From the NCBI GenBank assembly GCA_964291315.2, contig OZ219753.1, positions 2,784,001-2,848,000 of the forward strand: DNA of 64,000 nucleotides. The letters are read 5' to 3'. A program made the translations under genes and the position numbers. This document shows positions 19,332-29,458 of the stretch, one piece after another. The DNA comes from Candidatus Poribacteria bacterium. GTDB taxonomy: Bacteria > Poribacteria > WGA-4E > WGA-3G. Position 1 is the stretch's first letter. Every line of letters starts with the position of its first letter. The notes under the pieces are model-generated. The model worked only from the letters and a program-made list of their open reading frames with translations, did not search any database and was not told the origin of the DNA.

Positions 19332-20051
19332 CTAGGATTCTAAAAAGACGGTAACGCCGAGGTCAGCGTATTTTTGACGGGTGCCGGGGTTGCCGTTTCT
19401 AAAGCAGACAGCTGTCGTGGTTTCCTCCAGGGCTTTTGCGACGTATTCAACACAAGCGTCTACGGTTTGGAGTGCATGATTCGGGTGGCTCTCAATACTG
19501 AAGGTTAGGTCGGCGGGTCCGAAAGAGAGGCAATCCACGCCGGGTTTCGCGAGGTGTTGAGCGTGTGTGACAGCCTCTATGGATTCGATTTGCATCCAGA
19601 GCATGCCGTTGGTATTCCACCAATTGGCGTATTCAAGTCGTTCTCTTCCTTCAGAATTCACTCGGGCGGTGCCGCCCCAACTTCGGATTCCCTGCTGTGG
19701 GTAGTAGAAAGCAGCGATTGCTTCGTGTACAGTTTCGTCTAACTCAACCTGTGGCACTTCAATGCCAGAGGGGCCTAAGTCAAGATAGTTACCTATGAGA
19801 TATGCGTTCCGGGTATGCTTAATTCGAAAGTTGACGGGGATTCCGAGTTCGTTCGCCATATTACAGAAGGCGACGAGGCGATCCTCGTTGTACGCGGAAT
19901 GCTGACTATCTACGGAGACAAAATCATAGCCGCCGTTTTCGACTTTAGCGACGAGTGCTTCGGCTGTTGTTGCCATAGACACATTAGCCCCATAGACGTG
20001 TTTTCTGTTATGAATTCGCTGTTTTAAATTTGATGCTGACATTGTCGTCAT
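19332..20051 (-). CDS. HpcH/HpaI aldolase family protein
   Basis: DFVSVDSQH, LDLGPSGIEVPQV, YYPQQGIRSWG, QIES, FGPADL. Confidence 0.88.
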   Translation of the reverse strand: MTTMSASNLKQRIHNRKHVYGANVSMATTAEALVAKVENGGYDFVSVDSQHSAYNEDRLVAFCNMANELGIPVNFRIKHTRNAYLIGNYLDLGPSGIEVPQVELDETVHEAIAAFYYPQQGIRSWGGTARVNSEGRERLEYANWWNTNGMLWMQIESIEAVTHAQHLAKPGVDCLSFGPADLTFSIESHPNHALQTVDACVEYVAKALEETTTAVCFRNGNPGTRQKYADLGVTVFLES

Positions 20052-20392
20052 CCCTTGCTTTTTTACTACAGTCTGTGAGCCAAAATTGGGTGTGAAATAT
20101 TGCCTGTGACACTTTTCTATGCTTCCGTTTTTCCATAATCTGAATTGAGGCAGACATTATACATCCAATTTAAATTTAGTATTATAATTATACTCTAAAA
20201 ACGCTTTTCTGTCAATGGATTTGTGTTTGGCATTAGGCATACTTAGTTTTCGGCTTTTTTGTTTATTTTCATCGGAAAATCACGGGTGGAAGATTGTTCG
20301 TACAAGCTGCGGAATCTGTCCAATAGCGAGGGAAATTCGTTCTACAAATGGCTATCCGCTGCCAATGATCCTGTGTGTAGAACGTTAGTGTA

Positions 20393-20421
20393 TTGACAAG
20401 AGAGAATTTTCGGGGTATGAT
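20393..20421 (+). promoter_or_regulatory. Sigma70-type promoter for archease
   Basis: TTGACA, 17-nt spacer, TATGAT. Confidence 0.6.
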
Positions 20422-20459
20422 ATTTGTGGCATGGGAAATCTGAAACGTTGGAGTGTTGC

Positions 20460-20879
20460 ATGAAACCTTATGAATACCTTGAACATACGGCTGATATGGG
20501 GCTTTTGGTTCGGGGTAAAAGTCTGTCAGAACTTTTGAGGAACGCGGCGCAAGGGCTCTTTGAGACGATAGCGGTGGTGGATACGGTTGATGAGACAGAC
20601 GCAATCGAGATTCAGCTCAGAGCTCCATCTGTGGAGGAGCTATTTGTGGCGTGGCTTGATGAGCTCATTTTTCGGCACGAGACAGAGGAGGTCTTTTTCT
20701 GTCGTGCGGAGATTCGCCGATGTAGTGAAACGGAGATGTGCGCAGTGGTCTATGGTGAATCTGCGAATTTTGAGAAACACGAAGTGTATACCGAGATCAA
20801 GAGCGTCACCTATCATCAATTGAAAGTTCAAGAAAAAGAGAATGGTAGTTGGTATGCGCAAGTAATTTTTGATCTCTGA
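20460..20879 (+). CDS. Archease
   Basis: YEYLEHTAD at the N-terminus, EIKSVTYH, and IFDL at the C-terminus; start at ATG 20460. Confidence 0.92.
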   Translation: MKPYEYLEHTADMGLLVRGKSLSELLRNAAQGLFETIAVVDTVDETDAIEIQLRAPSVEELFVAWLDELIFRHETEEVFFCRAEIRRCSETEMCAVVYGESANFEKHEVYTEIKSVTYHQLKVQEKENGSWYAQVIFDL

Positions 20880-20888
20880 TAGGCGGCT

Positions 20889-22811
20889 TTAGGGGTAGAA
20901 TTGATACATGGTGGTATTCAAAAGGATGTTCAGCAGGCTCCACGTGCTCCCTAACAGGTAATCGCCGAGGACTAACCCTAGGAAGAATGGGATTGCTCGT
21001 CGATAGCTCTGGATCCCGCCGTGTCGGAGGATGAGCCACTTCAATGTCAATGCAATCAATAGCGGGATCCAGAGATCGGACATCTCTTGGTTACTTGCCA
21101 TGACATATCCGAGTGGATGCAGGGGCAGCCAGAAGAATTTTATGCGTAGATAGGTTAGGATCATCATGACAGAAAAGCCGACTCCGATGAATGTTACGCC
21201 GATCCAGTCGGTGCTAAGGGGATAAGTGATCCAGTTGGTCAATCGCCCGAAGTATTCTCTGCCGTAGCCGAGTGCCCAAGGTCCAAAGTAGCCGGAATCT
21301 GCTCCAAATTGATAGTAGAGATGGAGTTGGACCCAGAAGGCGACGAGCCCGCCCAAAATAGTAGCGATGATGATTGTGAGTAGCATTTGACGTTGGTTAA
21401 TACGGGCGAGTTCGGCGATTTTAAACGCCTCCAATTGATGTGGCATCTGCTGTGGCCGGTAATCTCGGTTGAAAAAGCAGACCGAAAGTGCTGTTAAGTT
21501 TTGTGCCCCGAGGCGGTGTGTTCCGAGAATTGTGTTCAAGATGTATCGAGGGGCTTGCCAGTGATAGGCATGAACAAATATGCCGGATTCTGCCCGGATT
21601 CGTGTTGTCACCAAAGGTGTTATGAGAAATAGAATTGCGAAGGTAAGCGCAAGCCAGGGGGCCATTCCCGCCTTATAAAGTAAAAAAGCAAATAGCAAAA
21701 TACCGAAAACAAAACCGCACACAGCTACCCGATACGGCATCGGTTCATTCGTTTCTTCTAGATCAGGTGCAGGTCCACGGGAAGGTAGCGCGCTTCTCAA
21801 AATGTTGGCGAAATGACGTTTCCCGATCCAACCGAAGAAAACACAGAGTCCGGCAAAAGCCCCGATGGTCTGCTCATTTAGATACGGGAAATGAGGAATG
21901 CTACTCCATCCGACTGTTTTTGCTAAAGCGACCTCGTTACGATAGAGGAAGTAGAACAACGTTGTTGAAAAGAGAACATCCAACGGCATAAGGAACATAA
22001 TTCCGATAGCAAAGGGATAGAAGGCGGTGGTGATGGTACCGTAAAGACTGAAAGGGGGTTCATGAAACGTGAAAAAGCGGCGTGTTACGGGGATATGTGG
22101 AATGACGGGATAGAGATGACTTAACCCGTTGACAAGGCTGATGCCAGCGGCGATTGTAAAACCGACCCACATTCGTTTATTTCGGAAGAAACCCGAGGTG
22201 GGATTCGTCATTGCCAACGAAAGTTGGATAATCGGGAAGGTAAGACGTTCACGTTGTGTCCACTGCCGCCGGAGAATGGTGTTGAGGCAGAGGAAGATGA
22301 AGGCTATGACCGTAAATAGTAATAACCAAGCGCCAACCACGGGTACCCAAATTTGTAAGTGATGTGGGCGATACAAGCTGGATTCGCCAAGATAGTAGCC
22401 CCGGAGTGCATCTCTGTCTGAAACGGTGAGCCATTGCGGGAGGTGATGCCAAAATAGGGTGCGCCACTCATTTTCGTCTGTTGCGAACCAGAAACTATGT
22501 CCAATTACAGAGAGGACTGCTTGTAAGACATCACATCCGGCAAGTGTTGTGGCAAAGCTGAGGCTTACATAGAGAAGTAAGAGCTCGCCTTGGCCGAGGG
22601 CGAAACTACTCCTTAGGAGCCGGATGACCTCGTTGATCAATATCACCGCAATTAGGATGAAAATGACATTGGACAGCGGAACAACCCATGTCGGAAACGT
22701 ATAGCGCACTATTTCCATCTGAATGAGGAAATAGCAGTTAATGGGCGCGCTAACGGCAAAAATACACAAGACGCGCCAAGTCAAGGCACGTTGTTGCGGA
22801 GAAGGAGTCAA
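20889..22811 (-). CDS. Polytopic membrane protein, DUF6785/DUF6784-like (putative peptide transporter)
   Basis: Many TM segments; RRQWxxxERLxFP, TRIRAESG, WLPLHPLGY, GGIQSYRRAIPFFLGLVLGD. Confidence 0.75.
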   Translation of the reverse strand: MTPSPQQRALTWRVLCIFAVSAPINCYFLIQMEIVRYTFPTWVVPLSNVIFILIAVILINEVIRLLRSSFALGQGELLLLYVSLSFATTLAGCDVLQAVLSVIGHSFWFATDENEWRTLFWHHLPQWLTVSDRDALRGYYLGESSLYRPHHLQIWVPVVGAWLLLFTVIAFIFLCLNTILRRQWTQRERLTFPIIQLSLAMTNPTSGFFRNKRMWVGFTIAAGISLVNGLSHLYPVIPHIPVTRRFFTFHEPPFSLYGTITTAFYPFAIGIMFLMPLDVLFSTTLFYFLYRNEVALAKTVGWSSIPHFPYLNEQTIGAFAGLCVFFGWIGKRHFANILRSALPSRGPAPDLEETNEPMPYRVAVCGFVFGILLFAFLLYKAGMAPWLALTFAILFLITPLVTTRIRAESGIFVHAYHWQAPRYILNTILGTHRLGAQNLTALSVCFFNRDYRPQQMPHQLEAFKIAELARINQRQMLLTIIIATILGGLVAFWVQLHLYYQFGADSGYFGPWALGYGREYFGRLTNWITYPLSTDWIGVTFIGVGFSVMMILTYLRIKFFWLPLHPLGYVMASNQEMSDLWIPLLIALTLKWLILRHGGIQSYRRAIPFFLGLVLGDYLLGSTWSLLNILLNTTMYQFYP

Positions 22812-22877
22812 ACTAGGTTTCCTCGATTAGTGTAGATTTGCAATGATCAGACCAGTGCCTTGTGTTGCGCTAACTCT

Positions 22878-24149
22878 TTACCACTGCCCATGCACTGGTG
22901 TCTCGCGTGCTTTCTCGAAGAGGTCTGCCCATTCGTCAGTGCCGTCGTCAAAGGTTAATTCAAGGCGTGCCCCATCTACTTGTGCCTCGCCGTTGCCGGC
23001 GTTGAAATAACTCAGTGCATCACCGGCCATGTGGATACAGCTGCCGTCAGGATAGACAGCGGTTTTGATAATGCGTGGCACCGGGTGAATTGTGTAACCG
23101 TCAGCATCTAATTTATCAAGGGGTACGCGGAAACGTTCAACTGCGTCTTCGTTGACTTCAACACCTAATCCGGGGGCATCAGGAACCTGATGGCACCCGT
23201 CTGAAACCTGTATGGGTTGCGTGAGTAGATGGTCACTGTAGAGATTAATGCAAGTGATTGCGGGCCATGTGGCGTGCGTAAGTACACTGCCGAGATGTCC
23301 TGCCCAGGTGGTTGTTAATCCGTTGCCGACGATTTGGAGCCAAAACGGCATATCGGCTGCGGCGCTGAGTTGTGCTTCATGCATTACTTGTGACTTACCG
23401 CCGCCGATGACAAAACCGGTGCACACATCCTCACGGATACAAGTGGTATAGGGAGGCGAGCCGAAGTGCATTGCTATTTGACAGTCGACTGTCTGGCGGA
23501 TCTGTCTGTTTCCATCAACATCGTTCTGTGGAATGGGGGTCTCAAACATCGCTACGTTTGGGTGTGCGGCGAGTTTCTGTAAGATCGGAATAGCAGTTTC
23601 TGCGTCGCGCAAGGAGCTGTTTGGGTCGAGATCCAGTTTGAAATCTGATGGAACGACTTTTGCGACAGCCTCTACCTGGGCGATGATATCCCACCATGGG
23701 CGCGGCTTATTTTTGAAACTAGTATACCCGTTTTTCACAGCATCTGCGGCTTCCGCTGCCCAGTTTTCGGGGGAAGAATCAATACACCACCATGAGATTG
23801 GCACTGCCTGACGACAGGGGTTGCTGATGAGTTGGTGGACGGGTACTTCTAAAATTTTGCCAACGACATCAAAGAGTGCCATCTGCAGGCCAGCACCCAG
23901 TGAATCATCATTCATGAGTGCTGCGGGGCTCTGTCCAAGGACTCGTTTGATGCTGGCATCGCTAACACGAGAATAGGTATAGTGAACGACGGTCTCGCCC
24001 CAACCGACATGCCCCGTGTCGGTGGTAACCTTACAGAGTTCAAGGATCGACCAGTTGTAAACGGTTGATACGCTTTGGGCGGTAATGTGTTGTTGTCGCG
24101 GTGTGAACGGGACATCTACGAGTAGGCGTTCAACATTTGTGACTTTCAT
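22878..24149 (-). CDS. Mandelate racemase / muconate lactonizing enzyme (enolase superfamily)
   Basis: GWGET, MALFDVVGK, KxK (FKNK), LDPN, FETP, PGLGVEV. Confidence 0.88.
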   Translation of the reverse strand: MKVTNVERLLVDVPFTPRQQHITAQSVSTVYNWSILELCKVTTDTGHVGWGETVVHYTYSRVSDASIKRVLGQSPAALMNDDSLGAGLQMALFDVVGKILEVPVHQLISNPCRQAVPISWWCIDSSPENWAAEAADAVKNGYTSFKNKPRPWWDIIAQVEAVAKVVPSDFKLDLDPNSSLRDAETAIPILQKLAAHPNVAMFETPIPQNDVDGNRQIRQTVDCQIAMHFGSPPYTTCIREDVCTGFVIGGGKSQVMHEAQLSAAADMPFWLQIVGNGLTTTWAGHLGSVLTHATWPAITCINLYSDHLLTQPIQVSDGCHQVPDAPGLGVEVNEDAVERFRVPLDKLDADGYTIHPVPRIIKTAVYPDGSCIHMAGDALSYFNAGNGEAQVDGARLELTFDDGTDEWADLFEKARETPVHGQW

Positions 24150-24266
24150 GGGCGGGCTCCTTAAGTATGAATGAAAGGAACAGCGTATGTGCCCTGGCAC
24201 ATCGCTGATAGAAAGAAAAAGGGCGAGAGGAACTGTTGAGATTATCCGCCTCGCCCTATTAAGAGA

Positions 24267-25094
24267 TTAATACGAGGCTTTAACCGCGCTCCAAGTGGTG
24301 GCGAGTTTATCTTTAGCATCGACATTAAACCCGTTTGCGGTTGTGACGAGAATGCTATCGATTCTGCCCATTCCCCAGCTTTCGTGCCAGACGCCGACGC
24401 TACCGGCACTCGTGTTAGTGGCCTCGTTAAATTCAAGAGTAGGCTCGCCAAGTTCGCTAGAAGGGCCGAAAAGGTCTTTGACTTCCTCAAGTTTCATGTA
24501 CCAGATTTTGACGTTTTTGCCTTTAACTTCGACGCGCCCGAGATAGGGGACAGCGTGGGTCTGGTCGAGTCCGCCTCCTAGGCCGTGTGGTGCGCTGTCT
24601 AGTTCTTTGCCCCCGTTTTCACATCCACATTGGTCGAGACATTGTGCGGTTGGGCAACAGCCATCTGCCAGGCTCATGATAAGAACGAGCGGGGTCTCAT
24701 TATATCCGTAGACAACGAGATACCCTTTATCGTCGCCTTTCCTGCGGAACTGCACACCGAAGCTATCATCATCGCCAAAGGAGAAGACTACTTGTATAAT
24801 ACCGTCAGTGAAGTCCGTTACTTCTGGTAGTTCTGTGTTCCCGGAGATGCCGCATCCCTCGGCGGTTTGTGCCATTGCTGTGTTGCCGCCGATTTTGCCG
24901 CCGTTGAATTCGGCTTCAGCCCAGATTGTTCCGGCGTTCTCGGGTTTATACTTTTTGATGTCGTTGACACCCGCGTCGGGGATTGCGTCCTTAGAACCAG
25001 GCTCAAAATCTGCGTAAAACACAACTGCCGCGGTAGCGTGAAACGAAACAGATAGACTCAAAATGAAGGGTAAAAGAAAGAAACGTATTTTCAT
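24267..25094 (-). CDS. Secreted Cys-rich beta-sandwich protein with C-terminal KLATTW motif (paralog 1)
   Basis: Signal peptide; DGCCPxxQCLDQCxCENGG; ends VDAKDKLATTWSAVKASY. Confidence 0.8.
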   Translation of the reverse strand: MKIRFFLLPFILSLSVSFHATAAVVFYADFEPGSKDAIPDAGVNDIKKYKPENAGTIWAEAEFNGGKIGGNTAMAQTAEGCGISGNTELPEVTDFTDGIIQVVFSFGDDDSFGVQFRRKGDDKGYLVVYGYNETPLVLIMSLADGCCPTAQCLDQCGCENGGKELDSAPHGLGGGLDQTHAVPYLGRVEVKGKNVKIWYMKLEEVKDLFGPSSELGEPTLEFNEATNTSAGSVGVWHESWGMGRIDSILVTTANGFNVDAKDKLATTWSAVKASY

Positions 25095-25271
25095 GAGATA
25101 TATCCTCTTTTTTATCAAGGGTTGTGTTGCTGTTCATTCATAAGTGACAATACAATGACAAGGGTTAGGGTGTTACTTATATTTCCATTAAACAGCGTCT
25201 TGGCCTAAAACTAATGAAGTAGCATTGGGCGGTGCCTGAGGGGCTCATCTAGCAAAGATAAGTAGGACAGC

Positions 25272-25304
25272 GCGGGGTGGCTCTGTTAGAAGCTTTCACC
25301 CCGC
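25272..25304 (-). terminator. Probable intrinsic terminator after 25350-26174
   Basis: GCGGGGTG ... CACCCCGC stem. Confidence 0.45.
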
Positions 25305-25349
25305 AAAGTCAGTGGATCTAAAGGTATTAGCTCATATTATGGAAGGTGA

Positions 25350-26174
25350 CTAATAGCTGCTTTTGACATTGCCCCAGGTTGTAGAAAGTTTAGCATGTGG
25401 GTCAACTGCAGTGAGGAGGCCAGGGCCGGTAACGAGGACACTCCCAACTCTGCCGTTGCCCCAACTTTCGTGCCAGATACCGACGGTCCCGGGGCCCATA
25501 TCATCGGCACCGTCCCATTCGATGCTCGGGTCACCGAGTTCATCGGAGTTTACAAAAATATCTGGGACATCGCCAAGTTCCATGTACCAGACCTGAATGA
25601 GGGTGTCAGCGACTTCAACACGGGCAAAATAGGCGACGCTGTTGTCTTGGGAGAGATCGGCCCCTAAACCGTGGTCGACACTAAGTTCTTCATTCCCGCC
25701 GTTTTCGCATGAGCATTGGTCGAGGCATTGCCCGGAAGGACAGCATCCGTCTGAGAGGCTCCCGATAATAATTTGGGATGTTTCGTTATAGCCGAATGCG
25801 ACGAGATACCCGGTATCCTCTCCGACACGGCGGAATTGGAATCCAACGCCGTCATCGTCTTGCCATGAAAAGACTGCTTGGATGATCCCGTTGGAGAAAT
25901 TGTCAACGTCGGGAAGCGGTGTATTACCAGAAACGCCGCAGCCTTCAGCAGTCTGATGTAAGGCGTTGCCACCATCGGGGAATTCGGTGGATTCCGCCCA
26001 AACGGTGCCAGCATTCTCCGGCACCCAGTTTGCGGGGTCGTTGACGCTAGCATCTGGGACGGCCTCAGTGGAACCGGATTCAAAGTCAGCATAGAAAATT
26101 ATTTGCCCACTCGCGTGACTAATTAGCAGAATCGGAAAAAGCGCGAGGAACATCGTAAGGTAGCTTCTTTTCAT
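25350..26174 (-). CDS. Secreted Cys-rich beta-sandwich protein with C-terminal KLSTTW motif (paralog 2)
   Basis: Colinear with paralog 1 (FYADFE, QTAEGCG, GIWHESWG); ends VDPHAKLSTTWGNVKSSY. Confidence 0.82.
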   Translation of the reverse strand: MKRSYLTMFLALFPILLISHASGQIIFYADFESGSTEAVPDASVNDPANWVPENAGTVWAESTEFPDGGNALHQTAEGCGVSGNTPLPDVDNFSNGIIQAVFSWQDDDGVGFQFRRVGEDTGYLVAFGYNETSQIIIGSLSDGCCPSGQCLDQCSCENGGNEELSVDHGLGADLSQDNSVAYFARVEVADTLIQVWYMELGDVPDIFVNSDELGDPSIEWDGADDMGPGTVGIWHESWGNGRVGSVLVTGPGLLTAVDPHAKLSTTWGNVKSSY

Positions 26175-26515
26175 TTTGTTACTCCTTTACTGGTTGATAT
26201 TTCCTAAAAACTTCAGCAGTGTGCCCTAAAGGCGCTTCTGTGTGCTAAGAGCAGACGTTATAAATAGAATGGTTTCTTGGGAAACCGCTATCCAAAATTT
26301 AGCAAAAATGTAAATTTTTGTCAATCAAAAAATATAAAATGGTTTCCAGCTGCCGGATCAAGTCTTTTTCGGATGACTCACCGACGAACGCTGTCCAAGG
26401 GAATTTTAGGCGAAAGGGGCGGACCTGCACAAGAGGTGCTGATAAGTCTACCCCGGCTGGCATTTGATTAATGGAAGGGGGTTCATTATTTTAAGCTGGC
26501 GGCTGCCTGACAGAG

Positions 26516-27292
26516 CTATTTACCCATCGCCTTTAGGGCTTTCAGGCAGCGTTCCACAGCTTCAAGCGGCGGGAAAGCGTCACTTTCGTATTCGACGATA
26601 TACCATTTTGTGCCGCCGGTGGTTTCGCAGACTCGGAAAATCTCACGCCACGGCACGCTATCCTCGCCAATAACGGGCCGGAAACCGGCACCTCTATCCC
26701 CCGCGCCGAGTGATTCTGTGTAAGGTTTGAGATGTACGGTGCCAGCGCGCCCTGGGTATCTCTCCAGAATGTCCACGAGATCTGCGCCCCCGGATAGGGC
26801 ATTGCCCATATCTAGCTGCATGACGACCCCCTCGTTGGTATTAGCAAAAAAGGTGTCCCACGGCATTTCGCCATCAAGTGGTGTAAATTCTACGTGGTGA
26901 TTGTGATAGCCGGTCACCATGTTGTGTAGAGCGAGCTTATCTGCAATTCGGTTGAAAATATCCGCTAACTTCAACCAGTCGGATCGCGATTGACGCAGGT
27001 TGGCTGGAATGCCCGGAACAATGATATAGCGGTTTTCCAAGATGTCGTTGAACGCAATTGTTTCGTCCAGGGTGTCGTCTTGGACGAGATTGAAGGGGGT
27101 GTGCCAACCGCAGCAGACTAAGCCGAACTCGTCTAACAAACGTTTCAACTCTTGTGCTGAATGTTGGGGTGGTCCGGCAAATTCGACGCCTTCGTATCCC
27201 ATTTCTGCGACCGCTTTCAACGTGCCGCGGGTGTCCTCAGCTAGCTCCTCTCGGACAGAAAACAGTTCCAAACCTATTGGTATTCTTGACAT
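26516..27292 (-). CDS. Sugar phosphate isomerase/epimerase (xylose isomerase-like TIM barrel)
   Basis: GYEGVEFAG, GYHNH, QLD, HLK, YIVEYE. Confidence 0.9.
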   Translation of the reverse strand: MSRIPIGLELFSVREELAEDTRGTLKAVAEMGYEGVEFAGPPQHSAQELKRLLDEFGLVCCGWHTPFNLVQDDTLDETIAFNDILENRYIIVPGIPANLRQSRSDWLKLADIFNRIADKLALHNMVTGYHNHHVEFTPLDGEMPWDTFFANTNEGVVMQLDMGNALSGGADLVDILERYPGRAGTVHLKPYTESLGAGDRGAGFRPVIGEDSVPWREIFRVCETTGGTKWYIVEYESDAFPPLEAVERCLKALKAMGK

Positions 27293-27391
27293 AATTTTCC
27301 TTTCAATTTTTCTTTAAGACAGAGAATCCTCTGCCGAGGGGATGCGTTAACCTCTGTAGGCCCCGCTATTTTCATGCCCTGATCGACAGAA

Positions 27392-27419
27392 GGGCGTGAC
27401 GGCCTCAGCCATCACGCCC
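27392..27419 (-). terminator. GC-rich hairpin 45 bp after the FGE-domain gene
   Basis: Minus strand GGGCGTGATGGC-TGAG-GCCGTCACGCCC followed by TTCT. Confidence 0.6.
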
Positions 27420-27463
27420 CGGGGTGTATCTTTCGCTTATCTCGGGTGCTAATCTATGGAGCG

Positions 27464-29434
27464 TTAAGGCGTTAAAGGTTTCACACAACGAAAACCGACA
27501 TCATCCCGCTCTTGAAAAGTGGCGTGGACAGTGCGTCGATACACCCGTGCGTGTTCAATACGGCCCGCAAAACTCCCGCCGCGTATGGCGCGCTGCGAAT
27601 AGTTAGGTTGGCCCGATCGGTAGGAACCGATTGTTTCATAATTGTCCAATAAGTACTGGATACTGGGTTCACCCGCTAACGGATTCAGAGCAGGCGTGGT
27701 GTCCCGGGGGTTAATCGCCTCATCCAGACACCATTCACGGATATTCCCTATCATATCATACAAGCCGTAACCGTTCGGAGCGTAACTACCGACAGCCTTC
27801 GTACCACCGCTCCGGATGTTGGCTCGGGAGTAAGCCTCCCTATGTAATGGATACAGGTCGTCGTCGTCGTCGGGCCCGCCCCAGGAGAACGTCTTACCGA
27901 CTAAGCCGCCGCGTGCAGCATACTCCCATTCTGCCTCGGTGGGTAGCCGCTTGCCTGCCCACTCTGCATACGCCATCGCGCCATACCAAGTTACATGGGC
28001 AACAGGATGATTCTCATAACCCGAGGCTGCACGATACACCCCTGCTACTAACCCAATCTGCTTATTAGGCTCAGGATAGAGCCGCACAACACCTTCAGGA
28101 TCCTCAACCATCCGCGGATTAGGCCCACTGCCGATCCGCACCCAGGTACGTCCTGCCTGCTGATGTTTGCCTTTTGCATTCAGAAATGCCACGTATTCCG
28201 CAACGGTCACTTCATGCGTATCCATATAGAACGCCTCTAAAGTGACCATACGAGGAGACCAATCGGTATCCCTCAGATCAGTAGAGTCGCTCCCCATTCG
28301 GAACGTGCCGGCTTTGATCAAGACCATGCCGTCAGGAGCTGTGGGTACTTGGATGTTGGTGGGCTCCCCATCGTCCTCCCCATCCGACGGGTTCTCCCCA
28401 TCGTCATCGTCATCGTCATCGTCGTCCCCGTCCGACTCAGCTGGCGGAGAGACCGGCACCCATGCTGAAGTGACAGTCAATGTTGAGCCCCCCACGGTCT
28501 GCATGAAGCCGTCCGCCTGCACCAAATTAGCCGTGGAACGCTGGGAGTAGAGCAGGTCATTTGCCCCCACCGAAGCAGCCATAGCGGATGAGACAACCCG
28601 AAATGACTTTTTCGGATGCACCCAGAAAGCGAACGTTGGGGTGCTGCTTTGCGGTTTTATCGCACCCTGTGCGTTTGAAATACGGAAATAGATGTTGTTG
28701 TTGGACCACGAATGAAACACACGAGTCTTGCCAGGTGCAATGCGGAGGCGCCCGCGCGTCCGATACCCTTCCGGGAACCCTCGATCCGCATTTGCAGTCT
28801 TCCAGGTCGAACTGATCACATACAGATAGTCCTCTGTTGCGTTTGTTACAAGGTTCTCCAGCCATTGTGGCGGAATAGGATCGGCCACTTCCTCAGCGGC
28901 GCTGTTATCCTCACCTCCATCCGTTGGGGGTGCAGGCGTGCTATTTACAAGTACCCAGGCTGGAGTGACGGTCAATGTTGAACCCCCCGAATACTGCATG
29001 AAGCCGTCGGACTGGACCAAATTAGCCGTGGAATGATCGGAGTAGAGCAGGTCATTTGCCCCCACCGAAGCAGCCATAGCGGATGAGACAACTCGAAATG
29101 TCCTTTTCGGATGCATCCAGAAAGCGAACGTTGCGGTGCTGCTTTGCGGTTTTATCGCACCCTGTGCGTTTGAAATACGGAAATAGACACTGTTATCAGC
29201 CCATGAATAAAACACACGAGTCTTGCCGGGATCCACACGATAGGTACCCCGCGTCCAAAACCCTTGCGGGATGCTTTTGTCCGCATCCGCAGCCTTCCAC
29301 GTCGAACGGACCACATAGACAGTCTCACTCGTATTATTGGTTACAAAGCTATTCTGCCATCCTGCTGACGCTGATGAGACAAGCCCACACATGAGCGCAG
29401 CAAAAACGGATAGGCTCAATACTGTCCTTTTCAT
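27464..29434 (-). CDS. Secreted protein with two tandem ~165-aa N-terminal repeats, a poly-Asp linker and a C-terminal FGE-sulfatase (SUMF1/CLec) domain
   Basis: Signal peptide; FRMGS, HEVT, HPVAHVTW, RLPTEAEWEYAARGG, NGYGLYDMIGNIREW, RGGS, GFRC. Confidence 0.9.
   Translation of the reverse strand: MKRTVLSLSVFAALMCGLVSSASAGWQNSFVTNNTSETVYVVRSTWKAADADKSIPQGFWTRGTYRVDPGKTRVFYSWADNSVYFRISNAQGAIKPQSSTATFAFWMHPKRTFRVVSSAMAASVGANDLLYSDHSTANLVQSDGFMQYSGGSTLTVTPAWVLVNSTPAPPTDGGEDNSAAEEVADPIPPQWLENLVTNATEDYLYVISSTWKTANADRGFPEGYRTRGRLRIAPGKTRVFHSWSNNNIYFRISNAQGAIKPQSSTPTFAFWVHPKKSFRVVSSAMAASVGANDLLYSQRSTANLVQADGFMQTVGGSTLTVTSAWVPVSPPAESDGDDDDDDDDDGENPSDGEDDGEPTNIQVPTAPDGMVLIKAGTFRMGSDSTDLRDTDWSPRMVTLEAFYMDTHEVTVAEYVAFLNAKGKHQQAGRTWVRIGSGPNPRMVEDPEGVVRLYPEPNKQIGLVAGVYRAASGYENHPVAHVTWYGAMAYAEWAGKRLPTEAEWEYAARGGLVGKTFSWGGPDDDDDLYPLHREAYSRANIRSGGTKAVGSYAPNGYGLYDMIGNIREWCLDEAINPRDTTPALNPLAGEPSIQYLLDNYETIGSYRSGQPNYSQRAIRGGSFAGRIEHARVYRRTVHATFQERDDVGFRCVKPLTP
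28460..29345. repeat. Intragenic tandem domain duplication (495-bp offset)
   Basis: For example, YFRISNAQGAIKPQSST and FRVVSSAMAASVGANDLLYS each occur twice with near-identical DNA. Confidence 0.9.
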
Positions 29435-29458
29435 TCTACGTCTCCTTTAGATACACTT

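Noticed and set aside
27464-27600. Complete diversity-generating retroelement
   Set aside because: No reverse transcriptase, Avd or template repeat is visible in the window.
28398-28432. (TCA/TCG)n triplet tract as a phase-variation repeat
   Set aside because: It is an in-frame mixed-codon poly-Asp linker, so length changes would not shift the frame.
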